From Paecilomyces variotii (taxonomy: Eukaryota), in assembly GCA_004022145.1 (NCBI GenBank), contig RCNU01000022.1: a stretch of DNA of 64,000 nt; one strand, 5' to 3'. Below are positions 29,553-42,561 of this stretch, piece by piece. The notes below the pieces were generated by a model. That model saw only the letters and a program-made list of their open reading frames with translations. It was not told the origin of the DNA and did no database searches. The translations under genes and the position numbers were made by a program. Position 1 is the stretch's first letter, and each line of letters opens with the position of its first letter.

Positions 29553-31324
29553 TCATCGCTTCTTGATACTCACGTCGATCTTGCCGATGAGCCAGACGGT
29601 GAAGAAGATAGTGATGAAACCACTGAAGATGGTCAGGGGTTTGCGAAGAGAGGCGAGGAAGGGGTAGTCGTAGATAACCTGAGAAAAAATATTCAATCAG
29701 CATTGCATTTTGGTATGGTGTGTGTTTTGCTCAGGTGGATTATGGATGTGGATTATGGATATATGTGGTGAGTGTGTGTTATATGTGGTCTAGGGGCGAA
29801 CTTACCAGTAGTTGCGAGTCTCTAGCTTCGTCAGAGAGATTGTTTACAGTGAGAGTCAGGGCTGTTCGGCCGAGGGTGTCCATGTAGGTGATGTGCTTGG
29901 TGACGCTGGAGGAGATCTGGCTCGATCCTGGAAGGCCGTTGCTAGAAGTTCCTTCGACGATCTCGTATCGCACGTTAGAAGCGCCTTCGGGGAGAACGAC
30001 GCGGACAACGGCCTTTTCGTACTGGAGGCCCTCGGGGATCTTGGGGCCTTCGATGAAGGGAACCTTGAGGATGTAGGAGTCTGTTCCTGGGACAGGTCCG
30101 CGCAGGAAGGAAGACAGATCGTTGTTCCAACCAATGCGGAAGCTGTACTTCCATCCGCCAAAGATGGGGTATCGTGGTCGGAGTTCCAGGTGGGCTTCGC
30201 GACCTGGACGAGGGCTGGGGCGGTATCGGCTCGTAGAGACGTTGCCAATGTCGTCGGTGAAGTATGGGTCAACTGAGCCAGGCTTGAGCGGGTACTTGAG
30301 CTCCCGAAGCGCGGAGCTGGGCTGCCCTTGGTACGTTTTCATAGTCCAGGAGACACGGTCAAAGTGCTTGGAGAGGTTGGCGCCGTCGTTGCGGAGCCAG
30401 TAGCGCTCCTCCGTGGCGAGGTTACCACCCCAGTGCGAAACTTCCAGATCCCTCTCGAGAAGGGATGCCGTAAGGACAGGCTTGGTGAACTCGTAGCGGA
30501 CGGTGATCGGTTCATTGGTTCCCGGGGCGACCTTGGCCGTGTTGTATGGGCCATAGGTGTAGGTGCTACCCTGGCGCTCCGGGTCCGAACCAGCGCCAGT
30601 CTTCAGTCCCGATGTCTGAGTGTAATCGGGGACATTCGTGGTAGGGAACTTGACCTTGGTCTTCTGGCTCACTGTGGTGTAGGCAGATGGAGCATAGGCG
30701 GAGAAGGTGTAAGTGAGGAATTGCTTGTCATCCTGGCTAATCGATGCGGGGAGTGGTTGCACGCTTGAGAGGATATAGTAGGAAATGCCCAGAGTAATCT
30801 GCGATGATGGCGCGAGCGGTTCGGGGAAGTGAACGAGGAAGAATTGAGTGTCACTTTGTAAGGAAAATGTCAGTTATTCTGGCGCAATTCAATCGAGCAA
30901 CCGTGGCATTGACGCGGATAACTATGGTGCTGAGATAGTATAATATAGCCGTAATACACAAAACATACCTGCCATCATGCGTTGTAACATCTATATCGAA
31001 TCGTCCCTTCTCGGGCGCCTTCTTGTCTCTGACTTCCAGTCCTCCAACCTTGTCAATGATGTCGGCTGAGAAGGGGATGTAGTAGTCGCTCTGCGGTTTC
31101 TTGTCCACATTCTCCACGACCACGTTCACCGTTTCCCGAAGATATCCCTTCTCAAGATTGATATTTCGCAACAAGTTCGTATTCTTGAACACCTGAGGAG
31201 GTGTGAAATCCTTGGGAAGGACCAATCGCGCGACTGGTGATGTTGTGATGTTGGATTCAGCAGCACATAGTAAGCTACTGGACAACAAACCGCAGAGCGC
31301 AGTGGCTGCGGTGATGAGCCTCAT
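29553..31324 (-). CDS. OST1: Oligosaccharyltransferase subunit ribophorin I
   Basis: Signal peptide MRLITAATALCGLLSSSLLCAA; RDLEVSHWGGNLATEE, YFTDDIGNVSTS, LRPRYPIFGGW, TYMDTLGR; last exon carries TM and ends KIDVSIKKR; three exons. Confidence 0.95.
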
Positions 31325-31638
31325 TGTGTCGAAGGCGCCCTTCCACTGGGCCGCTCAGCTACACACAATGCCTCGCCAGAATAGAGAAGGAAGTAAAAAC
31401 ACCAGGAAATGGCGAGTGATGGACGGAGCTGGATGCTGCCCTCGTCTACGCGGCCTCTGGGAGAGCTTAGTTACTAGTAGTTACTTAGGTGTCCCGTCCA
31501 GGTATGCAGTACGGCAGCCGCTGCGGCCACTTTGCGCGCTCCGAGCCGCCGTTATCAACTCCGCGGGGGAGCTTTATCGGATCTCTTGCTCGCCGGTAAT
31601 AATTATAATAACTCTCGTCTTTGTGTACCATAGAGTAC

Positions 31639-34386
31639 ATGATGTTGACCTCACGGGCCACTGCCCGGATGTCCCGCTGGCCGGTCAGGAGGCCATTGGC
31701 AAAGCTTCCACGGCCTTCTCGGAATTATCATGACTTTGCCCAGAGCAAGTTCTTCAAGGTTGCAGAGGAGGTCCGGGATGCCGTCGCGACTGGAAAGCCC
31801 GTGGTAGCATTGGAGACGACGATCTATACACATGGTATGATTGAAGGTCTGCTAAGAACAGACCAGATTTACAGTAATTGACTGGTGCTTTGACAGGCTT
31901 TCCGTACCCTGAGAATGTGGCGCTGGCGTCGCTTCTGGAGTCGGTCATCCGTGTAAATGGCGGTGTTCCCGCGTCCATCGGCATCTTCAACGGAGTGGCC
32001 CGAGTCGGTCTCGAAGCGGAAGAGCTGATTGAGCTGTGCGCAAGTGCAGAGAAAAAGAGTGCATTGAAGGTCTCACGTCGAGATCTTGGCTACATCTGCG
32101 GCCTGGTAGGACCATGTCTGCGCGAATGTGTATCTGGCTCTTGCTAAAGATCGACAGGGATTAACTGGAAGACCTATCCATGGAGGCACCACGATTTCGG
32201 GTACTATGGTGCTTGCACATCTAGCAGGTATCAAGATATTTGGCACTGGTGGCTTGGGTATGTGCTTTTGTAGTCTTGCGGCATCTTGCTCAGAGGGTCA
32301 CTAACCTGGATAGGCGGTGTGCACCGTGGAGGAGAGATCTCCATGGATATTTCTGGTAATGACTTCGTCCCGTCATGGAGAAGCTGTGTACTGACTTTAT
32401 TAGCTGACTTGACGGAATTGGGACGAACACCGGTCACCGTCATCAGTTCTGGCTGCAAGAGCTTCTTGGATATTCCACGGACCCTCGAGTATCTAGAGAC
32501 GGAGGGTGTCTGCGTTGGCACATTCGCAGATGGGCGCGAAGGACCAGTGGATTTCCCTGCCTTTTTTACGCGTGAAAGCGGAGTACGAAGCCCGAAAGTG
32601 ATTAAGAATGAGGAGGAAGCTGCGGCTATTGTCTGTGAGTCAATATCAGTCGTCTCTGGCATAATATTATCATCTGACACCTGATTAGTTGCGCAATCAA
32701 GACTTCCTGTAACATCAGGCATTCATTTTGCCAACCCAGTCCCCCAGGAGCATTCAATCGCCAAGTCGGAAATGGACAAAATAATCGAGGAAGCGGTTCG
32801 ACTTGCTGATGTGGAAGGATATCACGGAAGCGACAATACCCCCTTTATCTTAAGCAAGATTAAGGAACTCAGCGGCGGGAAGAGTGTGGCTGCTAATCGT
32901 GCTCTCGTCGAATCGAACGTGAAACGTGCGACCAAGGTTGCCGTGGAGCTTGCTAAACTAGAGAAACTTCACAAAGGAAGCCTCAATCGGTGAGCAGTCA
33001 TCCCTGGGTGCCTAGAAAAGGGATGTGCTTATGATACATAGGCAATCGTTTCCGAGCGCCGCTACACCTACGGCCGCAGCTAGTTCTACCAGTACAGAGA
33101 CCATAGACAATTCAACGAGCCCTGACACGGCCAATTCTCCCACCGAACATGTAGAAAAAGCAGACATCCTAATCGCAGGATCTCTTGCTATTGACTTCTC
33201 ATGCGACTACGCTCCTTTAGCTGAAAGGAGCACGGAAGTGACGCCTATCCCGCACACGTCTAATCCGGCCATCATCGGACAGGGTCTAGGTGGTGTCGGA
33301 CACAACGTTGCCTTAGCTGCCAGCTACGTAGGCAGTCCTGTTATTTTCTGCAGTGTCGTTGGAAACGACTTCAGCGGCCACGCAGCGCTTGCCGCTCTGA
33401 AGAAGGAAAAATTGACAACAGGGGGCATTAAGATCTTACCGTCTGATTCTGGGGCTCGCACAGCGCAATATGTCGCTGTAAACGACGGGAAGAAAGATCT
33501 TGTTCTCGCTATGGCGGATATGAGCATCATGGAAATGCCGAGTCATGACCTGGACTTTGACGGCTTCTGGGAGCCCATGCTCCGCCGCACGAAACTAAAA
33601 TGGGTCGTAGTCGATGCAAACTGGAGCTCTGAAGTTCTCGCAAACTGGGTTGCTGCTGCCAGGAAACACGGAGCTCGCGTCGCCTTCGAGCCCGTATCGA
33701 CCGCGAAATCAACACGGCTTTTCAGTAAAGGTCCTGGCCAGAGCCCAGTCATCGGTCCTGACGATGCAGTCCCCAATCATATGCTCAATCTAGCCACCCC
33801 GAACAACCTCGAACTGACCGAAATGTACACCGCGGCACGCGAAGCTGAACTCTTCGATTCACCCGGCTGGTTCCGCATCATCGATGCCCTTGGCATGTCG
33901 AACGCCGGTTCTCGAGAGAAGCTCGTCTCCATCACCAATGCGGATCTCGTCAGGGAGGGCATTCCACAACAAAGTATCCAGCTCCTCCCTTACATCCCCG
34001 CTATACTGACCAAACTCGGCTCCCGGGGAGTCCTACTCACCCAGCTCCTCCGTCCGCGTGACCCACGTCTAACCGCTCCTGAATACGCCCCATACATCCT
34101 CTCCCGTGCATCAACCGATGACAATCTCGTAGGGGGCGTATACATGCGTCTCTTCCCACCAGATGAGGTCCTGGTCGGTAAGCAGATCGCGAGCGTCAAC
34201 GGTGCAGGAGACACGTTATTGGGAGTTGTCGTGGCCGGATTGGCCAAAGAGACAGGTAAGAAAGGCGACAGACATCTGGAAGACATCATCCCCATTGCGC
34301 AAAAGGCGAGTCTGCGAACGTTGCAGAGTCGAGATAGTGTCAGCGAACATATCAAAGGTCTTTCGACGCTTTTGGAGGCGTTGTGA
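31639..34386 (+). CDS. Bifunctional pseudouridine-5'-phosphate glycosidase (PsuG/IndA) - PfkB-family pseudouridine kinase
   Basis: VVALETTIYTHG, ATGGLGGVHRG, DISADL, KSFLDIPRTLEYLETEGV, NTPFIL; spliced in frame (LNR|QSFP) to a PfkB domain with GGVGHNVA, FEPVS, TPN, VNGAGD. Confidence 0.92.
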
Positions 34387-35014
34387 TTGGTGAGATGTGA
34401 GTGCTTGGATGGATTATGTAGGCTAGAGATTTTTTTTTTAAATAAATAAATAAAAAAAAAGTTACACATTATCTATATATTCCGCTGGGAAATTGTATTG
34501 TTATGAAGTTTGTAGATGGAGTATTTTGAGATAATGGGACGAATCATAGAAATAGAAGTAGAAATAGTACAATATACATGTAACTTATGAGAAAAGGAAA
34601 CAAAAGAAAAAGAAAAAAAAAAAAATATGACATATCGAGACGTATTATATATATATGGATATATCAATTACCTGTTTCAATTAAAGACAAAAGGCCAAGA
34701 GCAAATACAACTAATATCTGGACTCCCTCATCTCTCAAAAAGGCACATAGATAGGAAGCAACGCATTCCAAGCCCTTATGCAAAGGCATAGTGCATATTC
34801 TGGAGCGGCTATCTATATAACTCCTGACTGGAAATGTATAAACAAGCCTAATGCAAGGGACAAAATACATAAAATAAATATACAAATATATACAAAAAGC
34901 TCACACCCCCGAGCACTCCCTTACAAGGCGAGAGATGGAAGATATTACAAGAACCCCGCCTGAAATATATATATATATAGGTATATATGTATATATTAAC
35001 CGAGAAAGCTCCTC

Positions 35015-36409
35015 TCATTCGTCCAAAAGTTTATTACTATCCTCCGACTGCTCGTCGACCACCATCCAAGCGGCCTCTGCGCCCGTGACGGGTAGCCTAT
35101 CTACAGTTTCCTTCCCGTCGAGATTCTTGCCCGTTGCTTTGAAACTCTGCGGCACAAGCGTAGGGTCCAACAGGCCGATTTGCATCAAGACGCTCGCCTG
35201 GTCCCAGTAAATGTTCTCTCTGGCGAGTTTGTTCCCGCGCAACGTGACCACGATGACGATGACGATTTGCACTTCGCGGTCTGTGGGCGGGACTCGTGGT
35301 AGAAGCCAGGGGATCTCTTGTGTGTGACGGAATGTGAGGAGGAGTTCGTCGACGATGCGGTCTGTTCCGACGGTGCGTGAGAGGAGGTGTAGTTTTAAGG
35401 AAGGTGGGCTATGTGGGATGAATTCATGGGAGTAGAATTCGTGGAGATCGTGGTATCCGGTTCCTATACATAAAAGAAATTCAGTATTTTGATAATTGCG
35501 ATGTAGACAAGAGAGAGAGAGAGAGAGAGAGAAAACTCACCGCCAACCATCGTCGGGACATGATTCACATGAAGCTGATCATCGTCGTTGCTATCACCAT
35601 CATCATACATGGTCGCCATCGTCCGATCTGCATCCTTCCTCGAGAAAGCCTGCAGGAGATGTCTCTCCCACAATTCCTCCATCTCTACACTATGCTCGAT
35701 ATTGAACCCCTTTCGAAGACAGCCCAGAGTTCGGCTCCATGCTAACCGTGTAGACACCTTGTTATATACGTCGCGATCGTCGCCGGTTCGGTGCTCCGCG
35801 AACCCGATCTCTGTGTCGGGATAAGTGTAGGAATAATTTGCTTTGGTACCGAAATTTTGAGACCCTGCAAGATGGATTGCGACCTGGAGAGATGGCGGGA
35901 ATGTTACATTCGCGGGTACAGTGGTAGGATAGTAGGCCACTGCGGCGCAGAGTTTTGGCATGGGTTCCGTGCATGCTTCGAGCACGCGAGCGGCTGCTTC
36001 ACCGTAGGCTGGGATATGTTATTGATCTGTGCGAATGGATAGGATAGGATTTCATATATATATTCTTCGTTCCTTGTTTTTATACTTGTATTCAAGAGAG
36101 TGAAAAGAAAATACATACAAGTTACATACCTACAATAGCATATCTCTCCCCCTGTTCCAGATCATCGGCTATCTGTTGCAAGCGGCTATCATATTCCTTC
36201 TTATTCCCCTTGAAGGGCATATAAGAGACGTGGAACCCCTCATTCTTGAACAATCGGAGGATATAGGGGTCAAAACGAGGCGTCTCAGCAGTGATGACGA
36301 GTCGTGCCGGCGATGTATCTTTTTCCGGATAGGTACTTTGGGCAGTACGGAGGCGATGGCCTAAATTGGAGCCTGTGCGACGAATAGTGTTGGGGACTAT
36401 CTTGTCCAT
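35015..36409 (-). CDS. Dienelactone hydrolase-like protein with C-terminal SnoaL/NTF2-like domain
   Basis: Three exons (36409-36130, 36008-35541, 35463-35015); AAVAYYP, GFAEH, LAWSRTLGCL, VNHVPTMVGG, SRTVGTDRIVDE, IPWLLP, ENIYWDQASVLMQIGLLDP. Confidence 0.82.
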
Positions 36410-39400
36410 GGCATGTGAAGATTGTTGTTGTGTTTTCGGAGAGGTAGGTAACTAGGTAGGTATTCCTGTTACTTTTTGAGCTCCGGAGTGACGAGGAAGG
36501 CGATTTCAATTGTGCATTTTGGATAATGGAAAGATGATTTGATGAGTCTTTTGTCTTCACCTATAGAAGAAGAGTATAATATACAATATAAGAGTATCTG
36601 CGATAACAATTCTGATAGTGGTGACGTCGACAAGGCTTGTTTGCAGCGTTTGTTTTGACGTGCGGGTTTCCTTTTGGGGAACATCAACTGGTGTTTATAG
36701 GCCCTTCTTACTACTAATAATGGTATCAGACCGTATCCTCAGGATATGTCAAGAGAGTCCAATAATAACTAGTTGTCAACTCCAGGCAATCGATTTGGTA
36801 ATAATAAAAGGGCGGTATATTTGAGCCATGCTGTAGACCTATTGGCCATTCCAGTAAAGCTGGTGTGAGTCACTTAGTTAAGAGTAAACATCCGAGATAA
36901 TCAGCAAGAAGGCTATTCTGTCCATCTAGAGTCGTAATTCGAACATCCCCGCTTTTGCTCGTGATGGTTTCTGATCCTTTTTTATCCATTAAAAGATTGA
37001 CTCTCGTATTCTGTAAATCCTGCAAGACGTCAATGGTGATGACAGGAGCTATGACCTCTTTGCTACGACTGCTCACCTGCTGCCGTCTCCAAATGCTGTA
37101 TACGGAGTACAGTGTCAGTCCATCTCTCAGCCAGTAGTCATAGTCAATTAGGCATCCCCGCATTTGCGGTTCCGACATTAGTGGACGTTCACTGCTGGAA
37201 ACGGGGATAATGATGATAGGTCCATCTAGCAAGCATATGGTAGTTAGTTAACTATCCAACCTTTACAAACAAGGACCGTTGGCATATCCGCTGGCACTTA
37301 TGACAAAAATCAGGAGCTCTACTAAATCGCAGATCTAACGAGGTTACAAACGGGTTGTACTAACTATGGTACTCCATTATCGAACCGACGGGAGACTAGC
37401 CGAGGCTCATCGAAGACGTCGGGTCGGTAGGCCGAGCGTTGTCGGCGCCACGGGACAATAACTCCAAGAAACAGGTTCACTGCACTATCCGGCCCAATTC
37501 ATCTGATCCTGATGGAATGACAAAGTCCACGGGTCCAGGCGTTGGTCTACGAATAGTAACTAGTCAACTCATCGTAACTTGGCATGCCTGTTGGTTCTGC
37601 TGTAGGAACCGTGGACGGTTTCCCCGCACGGTGAGGAACGCTCTGTAGAGTGTAGACCCGGTCAGTCGGGACTGTAAGTAATATTTCCTACTGGGTTTCC
37701 AGCTCTGCAGAAAGCCGATCTGTCTGCAACGGGAAAAGGCGCGCGTGTCGCTGCGGACACTAGGATAATGTCATTGTCGACTCTCGAGCAATCGTAGAGG
37801 ATCGCCAGCGACGTAGCTACTTACATTAGTCCAGGGCTCTTTTTTTTTTTCTTTTTTCTTTTCTACTCTATGCTCTCTTGTTGGCATGTGGAGACGTCGG
37901 GCATCCGGCTGGTAATTTTAATTAATTATTCGAAACTTTTTGCAGCGCTGAAAGTGGGGGCGTAAAGCAATGTAAACTCACAGGTAACTAGCTATCGAAT
38001 AATGTTTCTCATGATGATTTATCTTGCAGATGCCAGAGAGATGTAGTGCGGAACCGCAATGGCAGATGGACGATGGACAAAGTATTATATAGAAGACATG
38101 GCAGCACGAGACGGATGTTGTTGCGCCAGTGCAGCGAAAAGAACAGCAAGTTACCGTACTTAGTGCCTGGTAAAGCGATTACCAGCATCCGCGGCTGTTA
38201 GACTGGCGTAGAACTAAAAGCCAAAGCACGTCGATTTGTCGGTCACCCAGTGGATAAGTTTAAGTAGTCTCTGCTGTCCACCTCTTTGTTTCTTCCAGTA
38301 CGACGGTCTCACAATGGCCACTGTACTGGTCTTTCCAGAATCCAGAGCGACACTGACCGTACCGTACGCGGAATTCGAGTATACCAATACAATATACGAG
38401 CATTATTATTATTGAGCAGCCCAATAATAATCGACTGAGCCACGGGAGCTTCGGGGACAGTCTCCAAGCGCACACCAAGAACCAGCAGCCAAGCCAGTTG
38501 GAGAAACAAGTTTGTTCCTCCCAGGCCAGGCGAGGTGGAGGTAGTAATATTTTCTACCATTAATATTATTCTCCTCATCCCAACGACGCTCTGCCACCAC
38601 CGCCACCATAGTTATCCGCGTCGTTCGTTACCGGCATCCTCCGCCGCACGCGATTCCTCCACTCTCAAACTTCGTCACGGCGAAATCTGAACTGAACTGC
38701 TCCCCCGCATTGTCCGTTTGCAGTCGTTTTGATATCACATCAATCGTCTCAAACACCCGGATGCTCGTATCCCTAATCTTCCCGGTCTTATCTGTGTCGT
38801 GAAAGACAGCGCGCGCTTCCTCTCCACTCCCACAGCTTCCCCGCAGGCCCGCGGGCGCGGAAAACTCTCCACTCACAGTCCAGCCCGCGTGCGGTGCAGT
38901 CATCGCTCGATCGCATTCCGCCAGCTCCAACATTTGACAATACTGTCCGCCAGTCGTCGAGTCGTCATTGCGGGCTCTCCGGAGACTCGAACCGTTGAGC
39001 GTGTTGCGACTCGTATCGTCGGTCCTCCTGGCATCGGTCGAACAGTCGCTGTCCCCTCGTTCGTCTATTTCGCTCAAGAACTACCGACCTCGACGCTGTC
39101 GCATTGCACCGCAGCCGCTGCAGCTGAGCCGGTAAATTGCGCTGGGACCTGCTCGTATAACTCCTCGACTACCAGCTGCGGTGTAACCGTCAACGGTTCT
39201 ATTTCAGACAACATCCTGGCCTGGATCGAAAACGGACCTGGGTGAGTGGCGGCTCTGGGGTCGACCTGGTACACACTTGGTTCTGCGGTGGCCCGACTCT
39301 CAGAGACTCGACCTGACAAAGGAGCAGCACTGGCTACCGACAGGAGCAGGAAAACGTGGCCTTCTGTCTGTGACGGAGGTCAGGAGAAGCCACCCCTGCA

Positions 39401-39461
39401 TCTATCCGCATTTTCGAGTCCCTACAAATAATCCGCGCGCATTGAGCCGGATCCATATATC

Positions 39462-41762
39462 ATGACAGCAAGCGTGAGGGATGCTTCGCCCTCCCCGTCG
39501 GCGGATCAAAGTGGCGGCGATCAGGACTCTGGAGATATGGCCGAACACGCCGGAGGAAGTCGGTCCAAGGACCAGAGCACCGTTGACGGGGATGAGAACA
39601 CTCAGAGTGGCCAGAAGTCGTCCTCAAACAACGCAAAGGACCCGCTAAGACCGCGAAGGAAGAAGGCCAGGAGAGCTTGTTTCGCCTGTCAACGGGCCCA
39701 TCTGACTTGCGGTATGTTGATCGATCCTCTATACTGCGATACTTCTATCCTGTTGCTCCACTTCCCTTCAGGTAGTGGCCGTACGCCTAAAATACTTCTT
39801 CTTGTGTACCGCATGAAGAGTTGGATGTTGATCTTGTTATGATTTGGAGCTAACAAATGATTCATAGGTGACGAAAGACCATGCCAACGCTGCATTAAAC
39901 GTGGCTTGCAGGACGCCTGCCATGACGGTGTCCGGAAGAAAGCCAAGTATCTTCATGATGCCCCAGACGGTGCCCTGATGCCAGGGGTTGGCGGCAATTT
40001 TTATAACGCCACGAATACCGTGCACAATAGCCTACCTCTTTCGAGAAATGGTGCAAACGCCGTCAAGACTCGGTCAAATTCTAATTTTTATAACGCCCAG
40101 CAGTCAGGATCATATAATATATATCAGCAGAACAAGCCTCAGGACCAGATAGGCTCCCTGCTTCAGGAAAATGCCTTGAACCAAGGCACCTTCAGCACAC
40201 AATCACCGGTTTCGCCCACATTCAATCTGGGTACAAGCACGACGATACAGAATGCGAATCTATCTCCCTCTGTGCCTCAGCAGTCACCAAGCACAGCAGC
40301 TTCGGGGCCGCCACAGACGCAGAACCCATTCGCAGGGGCGTTGTTTGACCCCAGCGATCCTGCTCTCTTCAACTTCGATCTCTCGAGTATGAATTTCGGC
40401 AACCGGTATGGTGCGCTGGAGTTTGGTATGCTTGGTCACATGGCCACAGGTGCTGGTGAGACTCCGCCCAGTGATACAGCTACTCAACGCGGGTCGATCG
40501 GACGGAGTGGCTCTCAGCAGTTCACGAATGCACCCTTACCGGGATCCTCTGGTTTTGGTGAAAGTTCAGGGAACCAGCCGCCGTTCATGTTCGGAGATAC
40601 GATTCTCAATGACTGGTCCAACGGTCAGGGCCAGGGTGGTGTGGGCGGACTCTATGGCCAGAACAATCTGGTGCCCGGCCACATGAAAGGCGATGCACCG
40701 CACGCTTTTGCTATTGAAAGCGGCCCTGCGAGCTTCACTAGTCCCGGTTCGATGAGTAGCCCTCAAGTTCCACACCATCTTGAGGACCCTACGACGTCTC
40801 CGTTCAATCATCCCAACAAATTGTCAGTCTCGAATGGACAGCGATCCCTGATATCTACGCCGGCCTTGAAGCACCAGAACCTGCAGGTCGGTGCAAAGCG
40901 GCGATTCCGTAACCCTTCCTCCATCTACGAGAGTGTCAAGGAGCCTTATTCCTATACTCTGGGTTTCCATAATTTGATCGCTTTCATCCAGCGGCGCTTC
41001 TCTCCTCCAAAGACCCTGCAGATTGCCAAAGCTCTGGCGTCCATCCGTCCGTCGTTCATCGCCACCACGAAGACGCTCAATGAGGACGATTTGATCTTCA
41101 TGGAAAAATGCTTCCAGAGGACCCTTTTCGAGTACGAAGACTTCATCAATGCCTGCGGCACCCCGACTATCGTCTGTAGGCGGACAGGAGAGGTGGCGGC
41201 AGTGGGCAAAGAGTTCAGCATCCTTACGGGGTGGAAGAAGGACGTCCTACTGGGAAAGGAGCCCAACCTGAACGTCAACACTGGCGGTTCTCCCGGCAGC
41301 CAAAATGCGTCGTCGCGTGGCTTTGCTCCTCGTGTGCCGCCGCAAGACAACTCCGGAAACGGCCGTCTGCAACCCGTCTTCCTGGCAGAGTTATTGGATG
41401 ACGACAGTGTCATCGAATTCTATGAGGACTTTGCCAAGCTCGCGTTTGGCGACTCGCGAGGCAGCGTCATGACGACCTGTAAGCTCTTGAAGTACAAGAC
41501 CAAGGAAGACATGGAGCCTAGCAGTTCCGACGACAATCAAAAATGGAACGGCCATCTGAGCAAAGGCGGCATTGCGGGCGAGGCCGGAATGAACCAGCTG
41601 GGGCTGAAGGATGGGAAAGTGGAATGCAGTTACTGTTGGACGGTCAAGAGAGACGTGTTTGACATCCCCATGCTTATAGTTATGAATGTAGGTTGCTCCA
41701 TCCTCTATTTCTTGAAAAGGACAGAAGCTAACATTCCCTCGCAGTTCCTACCTTGCATATGA
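39462..41762 (+). CDS. acuK: Zn2Cys6 gluconeogenesis activator AcuK (ERT1-like)
   Basis: [48 protein letters not shown] and C-terminal RPSFIA...EKCFQRTL...[12 protein letters not shown]...[23 protein letters not shown]; three exons. Confidence 0.93.
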
Positions 41763-42561
41763 GTTATAGCATGTTTTATGAGGGCCAAACGGGATACCAT
41801 TGTTATGTTTTTGATTCTTTACTTACTGTTTTATATGGTCGCATGCCCTTCAATGGTCAAAAGCTAGGGTTTTTCTGTCATGTTCGACTGGGTTCGGGTA
41901 TATACCCTTCGTTCTGAGTTTTATTCATCCCACCGGACCGGTCTCGGATTTGGGTCTTATCGCTGCTGCATGCGGCCTTGGTTGTATAGTCTACCTGTTG
42001 GGTTCAAAAGGATATTCTTTGTATCTAGTTCGATTTTCTGCGCTCAGCTGTGTTATTGACGTGCAGAATTGCCGATTCTGCTGTTTTGTCTTCAATTTTC
42101 CTCCGCGAGACTGTCCAGCTGGCGACAATTTTCTCGAATGTGACTTGGAACGTAGTCTGTAGGACCGCAAGGGTGATAGATATTCACTATTAGCGGTGGC
42201 ATAAAACCAGGTAACTCCCCGTAACTACGTACCTAGGTACTTAGCTGGCGGCGGCTGTCGAGCCGCCGGGCGGACCCCACCACCTCAAGCTCCCTTTACG
42301 CGCTTTCTGCGGTCCAGAAAGCCATTAACGCGTCCCCCGCTCCAAGTGTTCGTCAATCCTCTTTCAGCTCTCATCTGTCACCTTTCTCTCACATCTCCGC
42401 CCCTATTGCGCTGATCTCTCACACCCTCCTTCGTCTCGGCGCATCCAACGCTCTCGACCTTTCCTCCCTGCGCTCTCGGATCCTGTCGAGAGGAGCTTGA
42501 CTGGAGGCGACAGCGAACCGCATATACCTTTGAATACACAACTGGGGCGTTTGAAGCTGAG

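Noticed and set aside
38799..39245. 148-aa GTG-start ORF upstream of acuK
   Set aside because: No homology cue, and an in-frame stop shortly before the acuK ATG excludes a simple N-terminal extension; likely a chance frame in a GC-rich leader.
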